The notes: generated by a model from the sequence alone, not told the origin. 62,897 bases of DNA, filler included, from Rhabdomonas costata (GCA_019059605.1; 50 parts of 50 records of this genome joined end to end with filler, not necessarily neighbours in it), one strand, 5' to 3'. Positions 24,530-37,532 are shown, counted from the whole stretch's first letter. Program-made: numbers and translations.

Positions 24530-24681
24530 CTGGTGGGGTTCATCAAGGTGGCTCGGGTGACGCGGTGCTTCTCGCCGTAGTAGAACAGCTCCATAAACTG
24601 TTCCATGCTGGTGACCTCCTTCTCGGTGATCCCAGGAAGCTCCACACGCTCCGTCTCAGGGTTGATGCTCACCTCGGGAGC
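24530..24681 (-). CDS. Kinesin motor domain exon (approaching switch I)
   Basis: VELPGITEKEVTSMEQFMELFYYGEKHRVTRATLMNPT(S), preceding NxxSSR; ACAG acceptor, AG|GTCTTC donor. Confidence 0.88.
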
Positions 24682-27328
24682 CTGTGTGTGTGGGGGGGTG
24701 CGTTTCCCAACAAATCCACAAGATTCAGGGGGATAGGGGGATGACTGTTTCCCAGAAAAACGCCCAAGCAGGGAAAAAACAAGGAGTACAAATATGGTGT
24801 AAATCCACACATCCCTCCGGTTTAGCAAAGTGCCGCTTCTAACGGCATCAACGGCATCCATATGCTCGAACCACACACAAGCGTACCCATGCGCATTTGC
24901 ACACCCAGTGGTGCTCTGAATTGCGTTTCAAGCCTTCAAAGGGAGAGAGATTTGAAGATGTGAAGAAAGCAACCGCGTAGCAACAAACAAGCGAGACAGA
25001 AAATGTGTTCCACCTCAGGCTTGAACACATTTTCTGTCTCGCTTCTTTGTTGCTACGCGGTTGCTTTCTTCACATCTTCAAATCTCTCTCCCTTTGAAGG
25101 CTTGAAACGCAATTCAAACCANNNNNNNNNNNNNNNNNNNNNNNNNNNNNNNNNNNNNNNNNNNNTTAATTAATTAANNNNNNNNNNNNNNNNNNNNNNN
25201 NNNNNNNNNNNNNNNNNNNNNTGTTGGGTTGGCATTCGGGTGTTGGGGTTGGGTTTCTGTTTCCGTTGTTTGCTGGGTTCCTTCGCTACGTCTTGTGCTG
25301 CTTGTGTATCGGTTCGTACTTCGTTGGTGCTTTCGTGGGTCAAGGTGGGTGCTTGGGTGTGCGTGTTGCTTTTGGCATTCGGTCCTTCTGCTTAGGGGTA
25401 TTCCGTAGTCTCGTTGGTTCAGGTTGTCGCGCAAGCGTTGGGTGGGTGGATTCTGGCTTCGGGTGTCGGTGTGCTTGGTTCCGTTGTCCCACGTGTCACT
25501 ACGCACCCTTCCACCCCCATAAGGCGGTTACAGGGTGCTCCGTCCGGGCGTAGCCACAGGGAATACCCCAAGAGGTGAAGGCTTAAGGTCACGTAGCGAT
25601 GGTCGGAAGGGCATCGCGTAGTAGGAGGAGCATCGAGGCATGACCGAGGCAGTGAAGGCATCAGCGATAGAATACCCCATACACCCTCAGAAGGCATCAG
25701 CGATAGAAACACCCCAAGGCACCAGCGGTAGGGGTGCTAAGAGGGAGCCATGCGTAGAAGGAACACGTGAAGGCCACCGGCAGGTAGGAGGGTCATCTTT
25801 CTCTCTCTTTCACTCTCAAAGCTGGTTGGATGGTTGTACCCTTACGCCTTGACTCACCACATGCCCTGAAACCCTCACACCAACCACCCTACGCACCATG
25901 AAACCATGAACCCCTGACATCCTGACACCTGAACCCACCACAGAAGCATGAACCCTGAGACCATGACACGAACCCTGACACCCCTCGACCCAACGACCCA
26001 ACAACACGAACCCACCTTCCAACACAACCCCTCACACAAAGCCCTCACACAACGCACCAAGCACCAACAAAACACCGTGACACAGCCCTTACCACATCGC
26101 ATGAAACCACCACACCAACCACCCTTACCTGACACCAACACACTCAACTTGACATCAGCACACAACCCCTACAGCTACAGCAACAGTGAAACCAACATCA
26201 ACAGGAACCAGGGAGCGTGGTTGAGACAGACACGAAGACAGAGAGCATGGTTGAAGTGACACAGAAGGAACGGAGGCAGAACCAGCATCAACAACAGGGA
26301 CCGTAGCAACAGAGGCAGAGACCGTAACAGCAAGCACCAGGCACATCCACACCGCTAGCCCCAACATCACACCCTACACACCNNNNNNNNNNNNNNNNNN
26401 NNNNNNNNNNNNNNNNNNNNNNNNNNTTAATTAATTAANNNNNNNNNNNNNNNNNNNNNNNNNNNNNNNNNNNNNNNNNNNNGTTGTGGGTGGGCCAGAG
26501 AAGCTGACACAGTCAAGTGCTGACCCATGGAAAAACACTCGAGGGCTTCGATTCCAAGGCGTCGAAACAACTGCGCGTCATCCTTGCGTTTCCTGTCGTG
26601 GAATGTCTCTTGTTGAATGTTTATATTCTGATATTCCAGTAAAAAAAATCTGCAAAAGGATTGCCTCGGGCCCGCTTTGGTCGTGCGTAAACGGTTGCCA
26701 GGGGACATAATTTCTTGTGGTCATCACATGAAGACTTTGAATGGTACGGTCGCTCACTTCCCAAATGTATCCTGTGTCTCGGTAGGTGTCTGGTCGTTCT
26801 TTTTGGGTTCTAACACCCCTTCGATTGTGGGTTTTCGGAAGCTCTGTGTCCTACTCCCTCCACCCCCCACCCCACCCTCCGCCAACGCCGCGCTGCCTCG
26901 TGCCCACGTGTGGTGGGTAAGGCAATATGGGGGGCGGGCTTCTACTTGCGATGGCGGCGGTGCTGCTGGTGGTGGCCTCTGGGCTGCATACGTCGGGTGG
27001 TTTCTCTCTTTCTTGTGTTGATGTGGGTTCAGCTGCTATTTTTCTTTTGTCTGGTGAATCCACCACCTCGTCTTCGAAAGCCCCTCAACCCTCTCACCTG
27101 TATTAAGTCGGCTCGTGCGGTAGGTACGTCAGACAAGTTTGGGACGCCCCCCCCCCTGGCACACATACACGCTGCTCGTTTTTTTTTCGCGGCGTTACCG
27201 CGTCCTGGTTACGTGGTCAAAGTTGGTGTTGCAGGTGTGAAACGGAGGAAAAGTTTTTTTTTGAAAATATGACACACACATTAATCACACATCAAACTCT
27301 GCGGAAAGTTTTACATCAAAACGAACAG

Positions 27329-27366
27329 CCTCCTCAATCCTCCTCAATCCTCCTCAATCCTCCTCA
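27329..27366 (+). repeat. Tandem repeat (CCTCCTCAAT) x~3.8
   Basis: Directly visible. Confidence 0.9.
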
Positions 27367-28047
27367 GTTGCTTTGACGCAAAGACTGTCAGCAAAATGTG
27401 GGGAATTCTCGGAAAGGTAGGTTTTCTGGGATAAAAGCGGCACCCGATTCACCCACGCAAATTCACAATTCAAAAAGTCAGCCACAGGTGCCTCTCTTCC
27501 TCCCACAAACCTCTGCAAGTCTGAAATGTCCTCTTGTTTGAAAACATTTTTCCGCCTCTCAGTGAAGCGGGCTATATTTTTTGTGGTGGCATCACCCTGT
27601 CGCTTTTTTCATCTTTTGTTGTCGCCATTGCTGAGCTTAAGGGNNNNNNNNNNNNNNNNNNNNNNNNNNNNNNNNNNNNNNNNNNNNTTAATTAATTAAN
27701 NNNNNNNNNNNNNNNNNNNNNNNNNNNNNNNNNNNNNNNNNNNTTTGTTGGTGTGCCTCCGTTGCACCTTGCTGAACAATTATGACCTTTTACCAACACG
27801 AAAACAGCCAGTGCGAGCGGCATCAAAAGGTAGATGTCGCAGGAGCTTCCTGTCTGGTGCTGAACACCGAGTAATGTTAAAGATCCAAATTTACGCTGCA
27901 GCGTGCTCACGACTCGCACTCAGGCATTCAATTACCCTGATTTTGTGTGGGTGGATCCTTTTGCTGAATAGGTAGATGTTTTCAAATGAAGGTCCAGCGT
28001 GTTCTACCGCTTCGCAGCTGGCGGTGTGCGCAGCCCCACTTGCTCGT

Positions 28048-28311
28048 TCAACTTCTGGTCGAAGTGGCTGGTTCCGGAGAGGGCGGTGGCTTCTTATCGG
28101 CCACGATCTACCGGCAAGGTGAATATTAGGGCTCCCTTGCCTCAGGTGATTCATCCTCCATCATTCAGCGTGCTGCGATGTGTTCTGATGTGTTTCTCGC
28201 ACCTTGTCCTGGGAGACCTTCTCCAGGCCCTCGCCGTACTTCGCAGGGTTGGCCACCTTCACGGTGGTCTTGCTGATCTCCTCCTGCAATGCCACCACAT
28301 CCTCTTTCAGC
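28048..28311 (-). CDS. Last two exons (28311-28203, 28107-28048) of a hypothetical protein
   Basis: LKEDVVALQEEISKTTVKVANPAKYGEGLEKVSQDK|IVADKKPPPSPEPATSTRS*; in-phase GT-AG intron. Confidence 0.5.
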
Positions 28312-29020
28312 CTGCGCACCTAAACCATCCATCACCCACCCATTTCAAACACACGGTCGGGCAAAGAGAGTTTCGACAGAAGGAGCGTGATGAGGGAGCG
28401 AATAGCTGGTCAGCGAAAGTGAAGTTGGGTGGGATATTGCAATGCCTGACCCCGTCCCATAAGGACGTCATGGCTGACATAGACCTAAGCAACTGTGCAG
28501 CATAGTCGTTTGCAGTCGCAGTGGGGTATTGTAACAGCAGCGTTAGTTCCAGCGAGTTGGACATAACGCTGGGCACAAAGTCCTTTTCACATCAATGCCC
28601 AACTTAGGTGCCCCCCCCCGGCCCCGGAGGTAAAAAGCTGAGCTATTATGAATCAGACCCTATACACTCTCATCTTCCAGGTGAAGGGAAAGATGAACAT
28701 GATGGTTTCCGTGCGTACCGCACAAGAGATGGAATATGCCTGGGATCAGTGAGGAAATGGCAGAGCATCATGCTGGAGCAGGAAAACCTGTCTATGTAGT
28801 TCGACAGAGTTCTTGTTATGAAGGCGGAGTATTATAACCCACACACCAACAACGGAGCTCTCACACCCCGCGAAACAGGGCGCAAGTTAACAGACCAAAC
28901 AAAANNNNNNNNNNNNNNNNNNNNNNNNNNNNNNNNNNNNNNNNNNNNTTAATTAATTAANNNNNNNNNNNNNNNNNNNNNNNNNNNNNNNNNNNNNNNN
29001 NNNNGGTTGGGTGGTGGTGT

Positions 29021-29260
29021 GCCAAAGAACAGGAGAGTGAGTCCACGAAGCCGAGCGGTTGGGTGGGATTTTTCCCAATGTGGTGGAGACGACGGGAACA
29101 TGGAGCAGCACCACCTGCAGCTTTGTGCGTAAATAGGCCAAGCAGTTGAGCGCCACCGGTGTCCCCGTCGCAGAGAGTCTCACTGTCTTGAGGCTCTTCT
29201 CTTTCCTCGTGGCACGGGCGGTGGCCCAGCACTTGTTTCCGGGGTTTGGGGACTCCATGC
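29021..29260 (+). mobile_element. Degenerate non-LTR retrotransposon C-terminus (restriction-like endonuclease, CRE-like)
   Basis: VHEAERLGGIFPNVVETTGTWSSTTCSFVRK*AKQLSATG...SFLVARAVA resembles the FxPxVVETxGxW....F...L....S..IxRxxA end of RLE domains; in-frame stop. Confidence 0.55.
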
Positions 29261-30583
29261 CTCGTCTGCCTTGTCAGTGAGGAGTGACGTGAGTGCCTCC
29301 GGTGCCACCCCTCTTCACACTGGGTGTTGTTGTTTGGTTTCTTGTTCGCGTTCCATCGCTTTCCCAGGTGATCTTATATTCAGGTGTCTCTAGACTCACA
29401 CTCCAGTTAGATTCTCCCCCACTGACCCCTTGGCCACCCTTGTACTGCTCACTGTATTTCGCGCCTTGTTTCAAAAGTAGAGACAACTACATCCCTCTTC
29501 CTGCTCTTTTCCTAGCTGCTTCTGCCTCACTGTTTTTTCTCCGCCGTTGCTGACCACTGCACACGAACAATTTGTTTCTTCTTTTTAAATCACGCTTCCG
29601 CTTTAGAAAGTGCTTGCGGAGAGGGACCCACTGCCGGTCATCCCTAGCGGTCTGCAATTCGGATTCCTCCATTTTCTTTCCCTCCACGCTCTCTTCTCCA
29701 TTCTCTGAATCTCCACTTCCCTTTCTTGTTCAATTTGGTTTTCCTAGCATTATTTCTTGTAAAATCTCCCCGTTTTGGTCATGAACCCTTGAGCTGCAAA
29801 ACCACAAGAGTTGTTAAACTGTAACTTCTTGCCCTCCAAAAAAGAAGGACATTGCCTTGACTTGACAAGGTAATTGTTTGCCCACTCTCTCCAGGCACAG
29901 GGTGATGCCCTTGGCAGTAATGTGACCAGGATGCCATTCTTCAAAAGAGAAAAAAGCCGGAAGAGGCAGCAGCCCCACTTTGGCACACAAAGCAGTTAGA
30001 CCTCTCCCTAAGTGTTAGGGAGGAGGTACGAAAGCCAATTGTTTTTACTTCGCAGGACACTGATGGTCCATGTTCGCGTTGGATCACACAGCAGAAGAGC
30101 GCGGCAAAGATGCGGAACAGGAACAATTGGCTTTCGTACCCCCCAACCCAAACACACCTAATACANNNNNNNNNNNNNNNNNNNNNNNNNNNNNNNNNNN
30201 NNNNNNNNNTTAATTAATTAANNNNNNNNNNNNNNNNNNNNNNNNNNNNNNNNNNNNNNNNNNNNAACCCGCCAAGGGGCACGGGTGGGTACCGGCCTGA
30301 GGGTGCAAGGACCGGCCACACAGCGTTTCGGGGAGGCCCACTGTACATAGAAATGAACCCGGTTCGCTTCGGCCCTGTCCTGCCACTACAATCCCTGACA
30401 GTGGATTGATGGAGGTGTTTGGGAGATCACGCACAGTGGGGTGTGTGTGTTCTACCTCAGCAACACTCCAACGTTCGTCCAACTCCCGTTAGACGCCCGT
30501 GACCCCTCCCCAAGTGTACATATCATGTGGTTGATGGTTTTTTTTGGAAGAGGGTGGTAGAAATGCGTGCTCCTTCCTCGCAG

Positions 30584-30748
30584 GTGCCGTGGTCTAACTC
30601 CCTGTTGAGCTTTCCGGATTGCTTGGTGGAATACGATGATGGTGACGGGACCGAGGACCACACCCCGTTGTGGTGTGGGCTTCGGGTGCGGATTGGGGTG
30701 CACATGGGGGCCCAGCATCAGGTGGAGATCGATGCTGAGACCCTGCGG
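30584..30748 (+). CDS. Euglenozoan receptor-type adenylate cyclase catalytic exon
   Basis: VPWSNSLLSFPDC...PLWCGLRVRIGVHMG matches the LWxGLRVRIGIHxG motif; CAG acceptor, GTGTGT donor. Confidence 0.85.
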
Positions 30749-32327
30749 GTGTGTATCTGTGCGTGCCCGTCCGACCTTTGCCATGGCTTTACTGTCTCTT
30801 CTATCTCTCTTCTACTTCCCTCCTTATCCAATTGCTGTTTATGGTGCACCCAAATCTCTTCTCGCCAGAACGGACGCCATCACCCAGTACTTCACTTCTT
30901 CACCATCAAATATTGTGTCATCCCCGATTCCTTCATCACCCTGACCCCCACAGTCCACTGTCAACGTCGACCTCGCACCCGGACCTAGTAGCTTGGTTCA
31001 ATTGTTGGGTCACAGGTCCCGAAAAAACGTATAAAAGAACGTAAAAAGAAACGTGAAAGAATTGAAAAACCGAAAGAATCTGGAATAGTGGTGGATTTGG
31101 AATCAGTCTTCAGCATGAGCGGGGCTATCTTTGGTGGCCAATATATTGTTATTTGTTTTCACCATAAACATGTACTCATTTTTATGTGCCTGTCAGTCTT
31201 CATTTCTTTTTTCTTCTTTTCTTTTTTTTATTTCATGACATTTGAAAAGCCAAATCTAAAAGGATTGGTACAGAAAGACTGTTTGAAAAGCACACAAGCA
31301 GTGCCCGGTGTCCAAAGTCCGGCACGGAGCACAGCAGTGCAAGAGAAAGCGGGGCGACGGCGAATGGAAGCATGAGCAGGCTAAACAGAGGGGAATGGAA
31401 AAACATCCCAGGCAACAAACCCACNNNNNNNNNNNNNNNNNNNNNNNNNNNNNNNNNNNNNNNNNNNNTTAATTAATTAANNNNNNNNNNNNNNNNNNNN
31501 NNNNNNNNNNNNNNNNNNNNNNNNATGCCCTCGTGTCCCTCCACTGTTGTTCCTCCTGCGCTGTTGAAAAGGTCAAGTTGTCACCGCACCCAGCGCACGT
31601 CTGACTGTACATCGACTTGCAGGGATTTGAGATTCAGTAGCCCTCTGTGGATTTCCTGCAGGGTCTTTCACAGCTCAGGCTGGGGAGGACAAGCCTGCAG
31701 CCAAGGTGATTCTGCATGCTTCGGAGGATTCTAACTCTCCATCTGAAGCTCGCACGGAGGAGAACGCACCACCAGCGCAGCATGATGGCCCCCGCAGCAT
31801 TATTGCACAGGACAGCTCATTGACTTGCAAGGTTGCAGAAGCTATGCAGGTCCTTTGTGGTAGTGTTTTGCTCTTATATGTGGGGCGGGCTTGCATGCGC
31901 CGCCTTATTTTCCGTCCGTCAGGATGACTGACCCTGTCTGGATGGAGGAATACTGTGTAAAGTTCTGAAGATGTTAGACACACACGAAAAAAGTTTGCAG
32001 ACTCTGATGCTCAGTTGCCGCCCTGGAATGTAAGTGCAAAAACACTGACGGGCCACTTAATCGTAGCTCATGGCCTGCGCTCTCACAATACTTTTAGTAC
32101 TTCTCAACGAATGGAAACGGGAAAAAGTGAAAAATAACCGCAGCACAGCTGCGGGTTGCTCATTTTAACAAAACGACCTCCCTTGCCCAAAGTGTGGCCT
32201 CTAAATCCAAATCACCCCCTAAAATCTTCACAGCTGGTTGAAATCACAATCGCTCGAGGCGCTTCGGCCTCTTCACCCTTTTGTGGGTATTCTCCATTCA
32301 GTTGCTGCTTTTTTCTCTCCTGGACAG

Positions 32328-32650
32328 TGGGTGAACATCAAGCAGGTCCTGGTCTTTCCTGGGGATGAGGTCCGTGTGAATGGCACCGTGGTGCCACCCC
32401 CTGTGCCCGGCTCCACCACCGTGGTGTACGCCCTATACAAGCCCAAGGGAGTGGTCACCACCCTCAAGGCCACGGAGGAGCTGGACAACCCCTGCACGGC
32501 CAACCAGACCTTCCTGCTGCGGTGGCTGCAGAGGATCGACCCGGCGCGCCGCCTGCACTGCGTGGGACGGCTGGACAAGGACACCACAGGGCTCCTGCTG
32601 GCCTCCAGCAACGGGGTCCTTACATTCCAGCTGATGCGGCCCCACCACAG
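32328..32650 (+). CDS. RsuA/RluB-family pseudouridine synthase exon (probable upstream exon 31662-31849)
   Basis: S4-like PGDEVRVNG, motif I YALYKPKGVVTT, catalytic VGRLDKDTTGLLL; ACAG acceptor and GTGACC donor. Confidence 0.9.
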
Positions 32651-32820
32651 GTGACCTTTCCTTTTTTTTTTCGTTTACACAACCNNNNNNNNNNNNNNNN
32701 NNNNNNNNNNNNNNNNNNNNNNNNNNNNTTAATTAATTAANNNNNNNNNNNNNNNNNNNNNNNNNNNNNNNNNNNNNNNNNNNNGGGGGGTGGTGGCCCC
32801 GCTTTCTTTCTGGGAATCCG

Positions 32821-32830
32821 CCTGCCTGCC

Positions 32831-32908
<78 letters not shown>
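32821..32908 (+). repeat. Compound microsatellite (CTGT)n(CT)n
   Basis: Directly visible. Other microsatellites: (GA)n ~7974-8000, (CT)n ~11702-11741, (GGTGC)n ~46351-46385, (CT)n ~59275-59300, (CA)n ~60086-60117. Confidence 0.95.
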
Positions 32909-34624
32909 GACCAAAGGTGCATTCAAAAAGGACCCCTTGAAAGTTTTGGAATGAAACTTGCGGTTGAAACTTCGTGAACTTCAGTGTCTTTTGTGTGTGG
33001 GGTTGCTTCACATGCTTCTTGGGTTTCCATTTGCACCTCCTGCAAAGGGAAAAAAAAGCCGCAGGAGGCGAAAGGATACGAGAGAGAAAGAGACATTGGC
33101 CGAAATCACATTTGGCTACCGGACCAAAAAAAAATGTTGTTCTGGAGAAGAGACTCTCAAACCACGGAGCAAAAGCGTTGCTGGCACGCAGGCGGATTCC
33201 CAGAAAGAAAGCGGGGCCACCAACCCCTCTCAGGAGTGTTACTCTAAACATCTGGACGATGAATTGCAAAGCCCTGAATTTCTTTCAGTGTTACATGGGC
33301 AAGTTGATAGAAAAAAGTGCCATCATACCACCAAATATGAGCCCCAACCCTCACTCTAGCTCGAGCCCGTTCCAATATCACGAAAAAAAACACGTAAACC
33401 TAAATCTCCGATTGAAGAATTAGAAAGGAGCACTTCAAAAGGCACGCCTTCACAGTGGATACGTCGGAGTCCGCGGCGGAAAGGCTGCGCATGGCCACAA
33501 AGCTGGGAGTACCACTTTCTCCTACCCCATTCTGCGAACCAGTGTAGCTGGGGCTTCCCAAAGACGGAGTAACGGAATTCCCATGAGAAGGGTTGGGGAG
33601 TGCACTTTGCCCACCACAGCGAACCCCGACGTAGCCTTCGATTAGTTTTTGCCGCAGAGCAACAACCTCCTGAAGAGCCAAGCGCAATCATTTCATGAGA
33701 AACAACCGCGCCCCCCCCCCCTAACCGTGTTGTGATGAAGTGAGGATCTCTGTTGGGTTCGACTCTCACATACAGCACTGTGCCTAAAACCATCTAGACA
33801 ATCAAACAGTGCAGTGCACAAAGGAATTAAAAGCAAACCCTTTCAGTAATGATGCCTGCTTCGCAGAGCTGGACAAGTTTAGTCAAAGACTGCTGCAGGG
33901 TGTCCATCTCCATCTCCATCACACCACAACGCAAGAACAAAAAACNNNNNNNNNNNNNNNNNNNNNNNNNNNNNNNNNNNNNNNNNNNNTTAATTAATTA
34001 ANNNNNNNNNNNNNNNNNNNNNNNNNNNNNNNNNNNNNNNNNNNNGGTGGGGGGGGACTAGGAGAGACAAGGCCCACTTTAAGCATACTGAGGGAGCGCA
34101 GAGGGACCGCGGTAGAATGAGGGCAGATCCTGGAAGTTCCGTCAGCCCGTACACACCGTTGCACCGCAGTCACCAACCGCCCACCCCAACGACCCTGCCA
34201 TCACTGCAACCATGCATCATAACCATACCCCAGGAATTGCAAAGAACAAGCAAGCATCACATGCACCAGACCGAACAGCAAACCGATATTCGGGCGGAGC
34301 GGACCCGGAGCGGATCCGGAATGGCCATGGCTCAGCATGTGCGGACTGCTCGAGCTTTCCCAAAAACTTGTTCCCAGCAGCAGAGGGGTGACCCGCTCCC
34401 CTGCGAAAATGCTAAGCAGCGGAAGAGAAATGGAAAGCCCCACTAGCGGCAGAAAAGATCTCCACCAATGCCTTGTGGGCATCTGGTGCCGTGACGTTTG
34501 TCCTTTGTTGTAATTTTCCGTGATCCTTGCCGTGCCGAAAGGACTAGAACAGAGCGCGTGCGCGCGTCTGTGTGTGGATGGGCACGGCGCACACCCTCAC
34601 CCCAATGCCCGTCGTGTCGTCCAG

Positions 34625-34989
34625 CACGAACAGCACCATCGTGCACGCGCCAAAACACCAACAGGTGTGCAATACAAGCAGCACAAGGACACGCCACAGC
34701 ACACCGCGCCAAGGCGCCCTGTGTGTGTGTGTGTGGATGGGCATGTGTGTGTGTGTGTGCTGGAAGAGCGGGTTTTAAACAGAATGGGACCTTGTGTGAA
34801 CTGACATGTAGGGTGTTGAAGCTTGTGCACTCCCTGGGCACGCTGACCCTCATCGTGGGCTTTGCCAGCGGGCAGGAGAAGGAGCTAGTGATGACCACTC
34901 TGCAGGGGCTGGTTGTGGAGCAGCTCAGCCACGGCACGTCGATCAGCGTTGCGGACCTGGCTGTGGCCCTGGACGTTCCCACAGAGCTG
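34625..34989 (+). CDS. Cullin/APC2-like C-terminal homology region; exons ~34625-34664, 34812-~34989
   Basis: NR|VLKLVHSLGTLTLIVGFASGQEKELVMTTLQGLVVEQLS..SISVADLA fits RKLxWxxSLG...KELxVSxxQ..L; phase-2 GT-AG junction. Confidence 0.65.
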
Positions 34990-35774
34990 GTGGAGTCAAC
35001 TCCCGACACGCACGCACGCACAACACGCCACCACACACACACTCACTCACCACCATCTGCCACCCCCACCCGGCTTATGCACCTATTTGCTTCACCACCT
35101 TGGAATACTTCCATATACTTCTGCTGGGCTACGCTGCCCCCAACTTTCACCCATGTAGCTCCCGTGAGAAACCCACCGTACTGTGATCCCACCCCAACNN
35201 NNNNNNNNNNNNNNNNNNNNNNNNNNNNNNNNNNNNNNNNNNTTAATTAATTAANNNNNNNNNNNNNNNNNNNNNNNNNNNNNNNNNNNNNNNNNNNNTG
35301 GGGTGTTGTACACATAACTCAAACGTTCACTCACAGTCCCTGGAACCAAGTGTCTGCACTCTTGTGCTCTTTTTCATTGACCCCCATTGCAGGAAACCTG
35401 ACCTCAATGTAGGCAGACAATTGGTTCCAGGGACTGTGAGTGAACGTTTGAGTTATGTGTACAACTCACCAATCAAACAAAAGTGACCAGAGAAGGGAAA
35501 AGTGTAAACCGCAGTGTTTCTTCAGGAAACAAGTAGCAGTTCCAAAGAATGAGGAAGGATGAGAGGGATAAAACGGCGACGTCCGAAGAAAATAATAAGA
35601 CCATTTGCTGCCCTCAATTATAGCGTCCACATGCAAAGCGTCCACCCATCCATATTCTGCCAATTCAAGAGTTCAGTTGAATAATCACTATGGCATGTCA
35701 AAGGGGGTACAGGGAGTCAATCGCGGTACGCGGTGGGCACGGTAAGGGTGTGTAAGAGAGGGTAAGGCGGAATG

Positions 35775-35911
35775 CTAGCTGTTGGGCTTCTTCTGGGCAG
35801 GCTCGCCAGCCTGACTGCCTTCACCACTGTCGCTGCTGAGCTCCAGTTCAGCCTCAAGGCTGCGCTTCCCAGGCTGCGCTGGTCGAGGCCTCTTGCCAAC
35901 CGCTGTGACCG
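35775..35911 (-). CDS. Terminal exon of a hypothetical protein (...GKRPRP...PAQKKPNS*)
   Basis: TTTCACAG acceptor, NLS-like basic clusters, stop codon. Confidence 0.35.
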
Positions 35912-36796
35912 CTGTGAAAGACAAACCCAAAACATACCGCCAACACTTCTGAAAAACCTCAACTCAAGCAGAAATGTTGGATGGATGATAAGGGAGACAA
36001 ATTTCATGCCATCGCACCACAGAATAACGAAAGCACTGTTCACTGGAACAACGTATGGCACCCAGCGCTGCGATTTTATGTACACTTGGGAGAGAATTTC
36101 GGTTCGGGTGCCGAACACTCATCGTTCAATCCTCTCACGCTCAATCCCAATTGGCAACGACATGCGCATGCATTTTCGGGATGTCCTGAATGTGTTAACG
36201 AATTGGACTTCTGACAACGTATGCTCGGGTATGAAGCTTTGATTCCTCTTTAAAGATTCCGCGACGTTTTGCATCCGACCGATGAGAGCGAGCTAGCTGC
36301 CATGCGGTCGGCCCCCGGTTTGCCATCTCAAAAGCCGATACCCGCAGTGCATCTCTTTGATATATCCTGGTGTCAGGATCTGAGCACGGCAACCCACCTA
36401 GAAAAGCCCCACTCCCTTTAAACACATCAAACCTGTGCAAGGCAGCTCCCACAACACNNNNNNNNNNNNNNNNNNNNNNNNNNNNNNNNNNNNNNNNNNN
36501 NTTAATTAATTAANNNNNNNNNNNNNNNNNNNNNNNNNNNNNNNNNNNNNNNNNNNNAGCAGCAGAGGTGGGGGCAGTCCTGCCGAAGAAAAAAACCGAG
36601 GAAGTTCAATTGCAGTCATAAGACACACGGTGGTGAGCGGAGGCCAGAATGAATCGTTGGCACTGCCAACATCGCCCAGCTCTTTATGATGGTCGCATTT
36701 GAAAGGAGTGGAGGCAAGGGCAGAGGTGAGATTTGGTAGCCATGGAGGCAGGGGGAAGACGGTGAACAAATTGATCGCACGAGGGGAAGGCTGAAC

Positions 36797-37532
36797 CTTT
36801 CGCTTCTGAGAAACTACTGCGGCCGTGGTGATGAGCTGTAGCACGTACCTCAGCGAGGTTTGCATCGCTGCACACAAGAGGGAGGGACAGCTTGAAAAGG
36901 GACCAGTCAAACAAACCTCACTCCACTCCACACCATAACACAGCTTCCAACTACGTACGACCCTATGCTGGCACCAACATACACCGACTGATACAAAACT
37001 CTACCTGTGTTCTTGCATGTGGGATTGCGACAGAAATACCTTCAAAGTCCTTGTGAGGGGAAAGCCATGGAACAACGGGACAGAAGAACAAGGGCTACCA
37101 CTGCTCGTTGTATTAATCTTTTCGCCCGGTTTCGAATTGCTTGCTTCCTTGGGTTCTTTCTTTTGTTGTCGTTTGGTGCTCATCATGCCACTGACACCCA
37201 TCCCCCATATCACGGGCTATCACAGCTTTTCCCAATTGGTCATTGACCAGTATTGCCCTGCTCATTATTCATATTGGTGCAGCCCCAATAGTGAACAGTG
37301 ATGTTGGACGGAAAAAATTCAGAGGTCAACCCTTGCCCTTTGTCTGCGCGGAACGCTGGTTTCGATGTTGTGTGCGTGAGCTTTGTTTTGTTGTGCATGT
37401 CTTTGCTTTGCATCTGATCTTCTCCCTACACAAATTCACACAAACGTACACTAACCCAGGCTTGCCAGAAGCACCATGGCGTCCTCCTCCATCTCGATGT
37501 CCTCCTCCTCGCACCGAATCTTCACAATATCC
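36797..37532 (-). CDS. RUVBL2: RuvB-like 2 (reptin); exons 37532-37456, 36867-36797
   Basis: DIVKIRCEEEDIEMEEDAMVLLASL|AMQTSLRYVLQLITTAAVVSQKRK matches RUVBL2 IRCEEEDVEM...TSLRYAIQLITAA...RKRK; 588-nt GT-AG intron. Confidence 0.93.

Noticed and set aside
33745..33780. B-box-like GGTTCGACTC (tRNA or SINE)
   Set aside because: No A-box or cloverleaf could be built.
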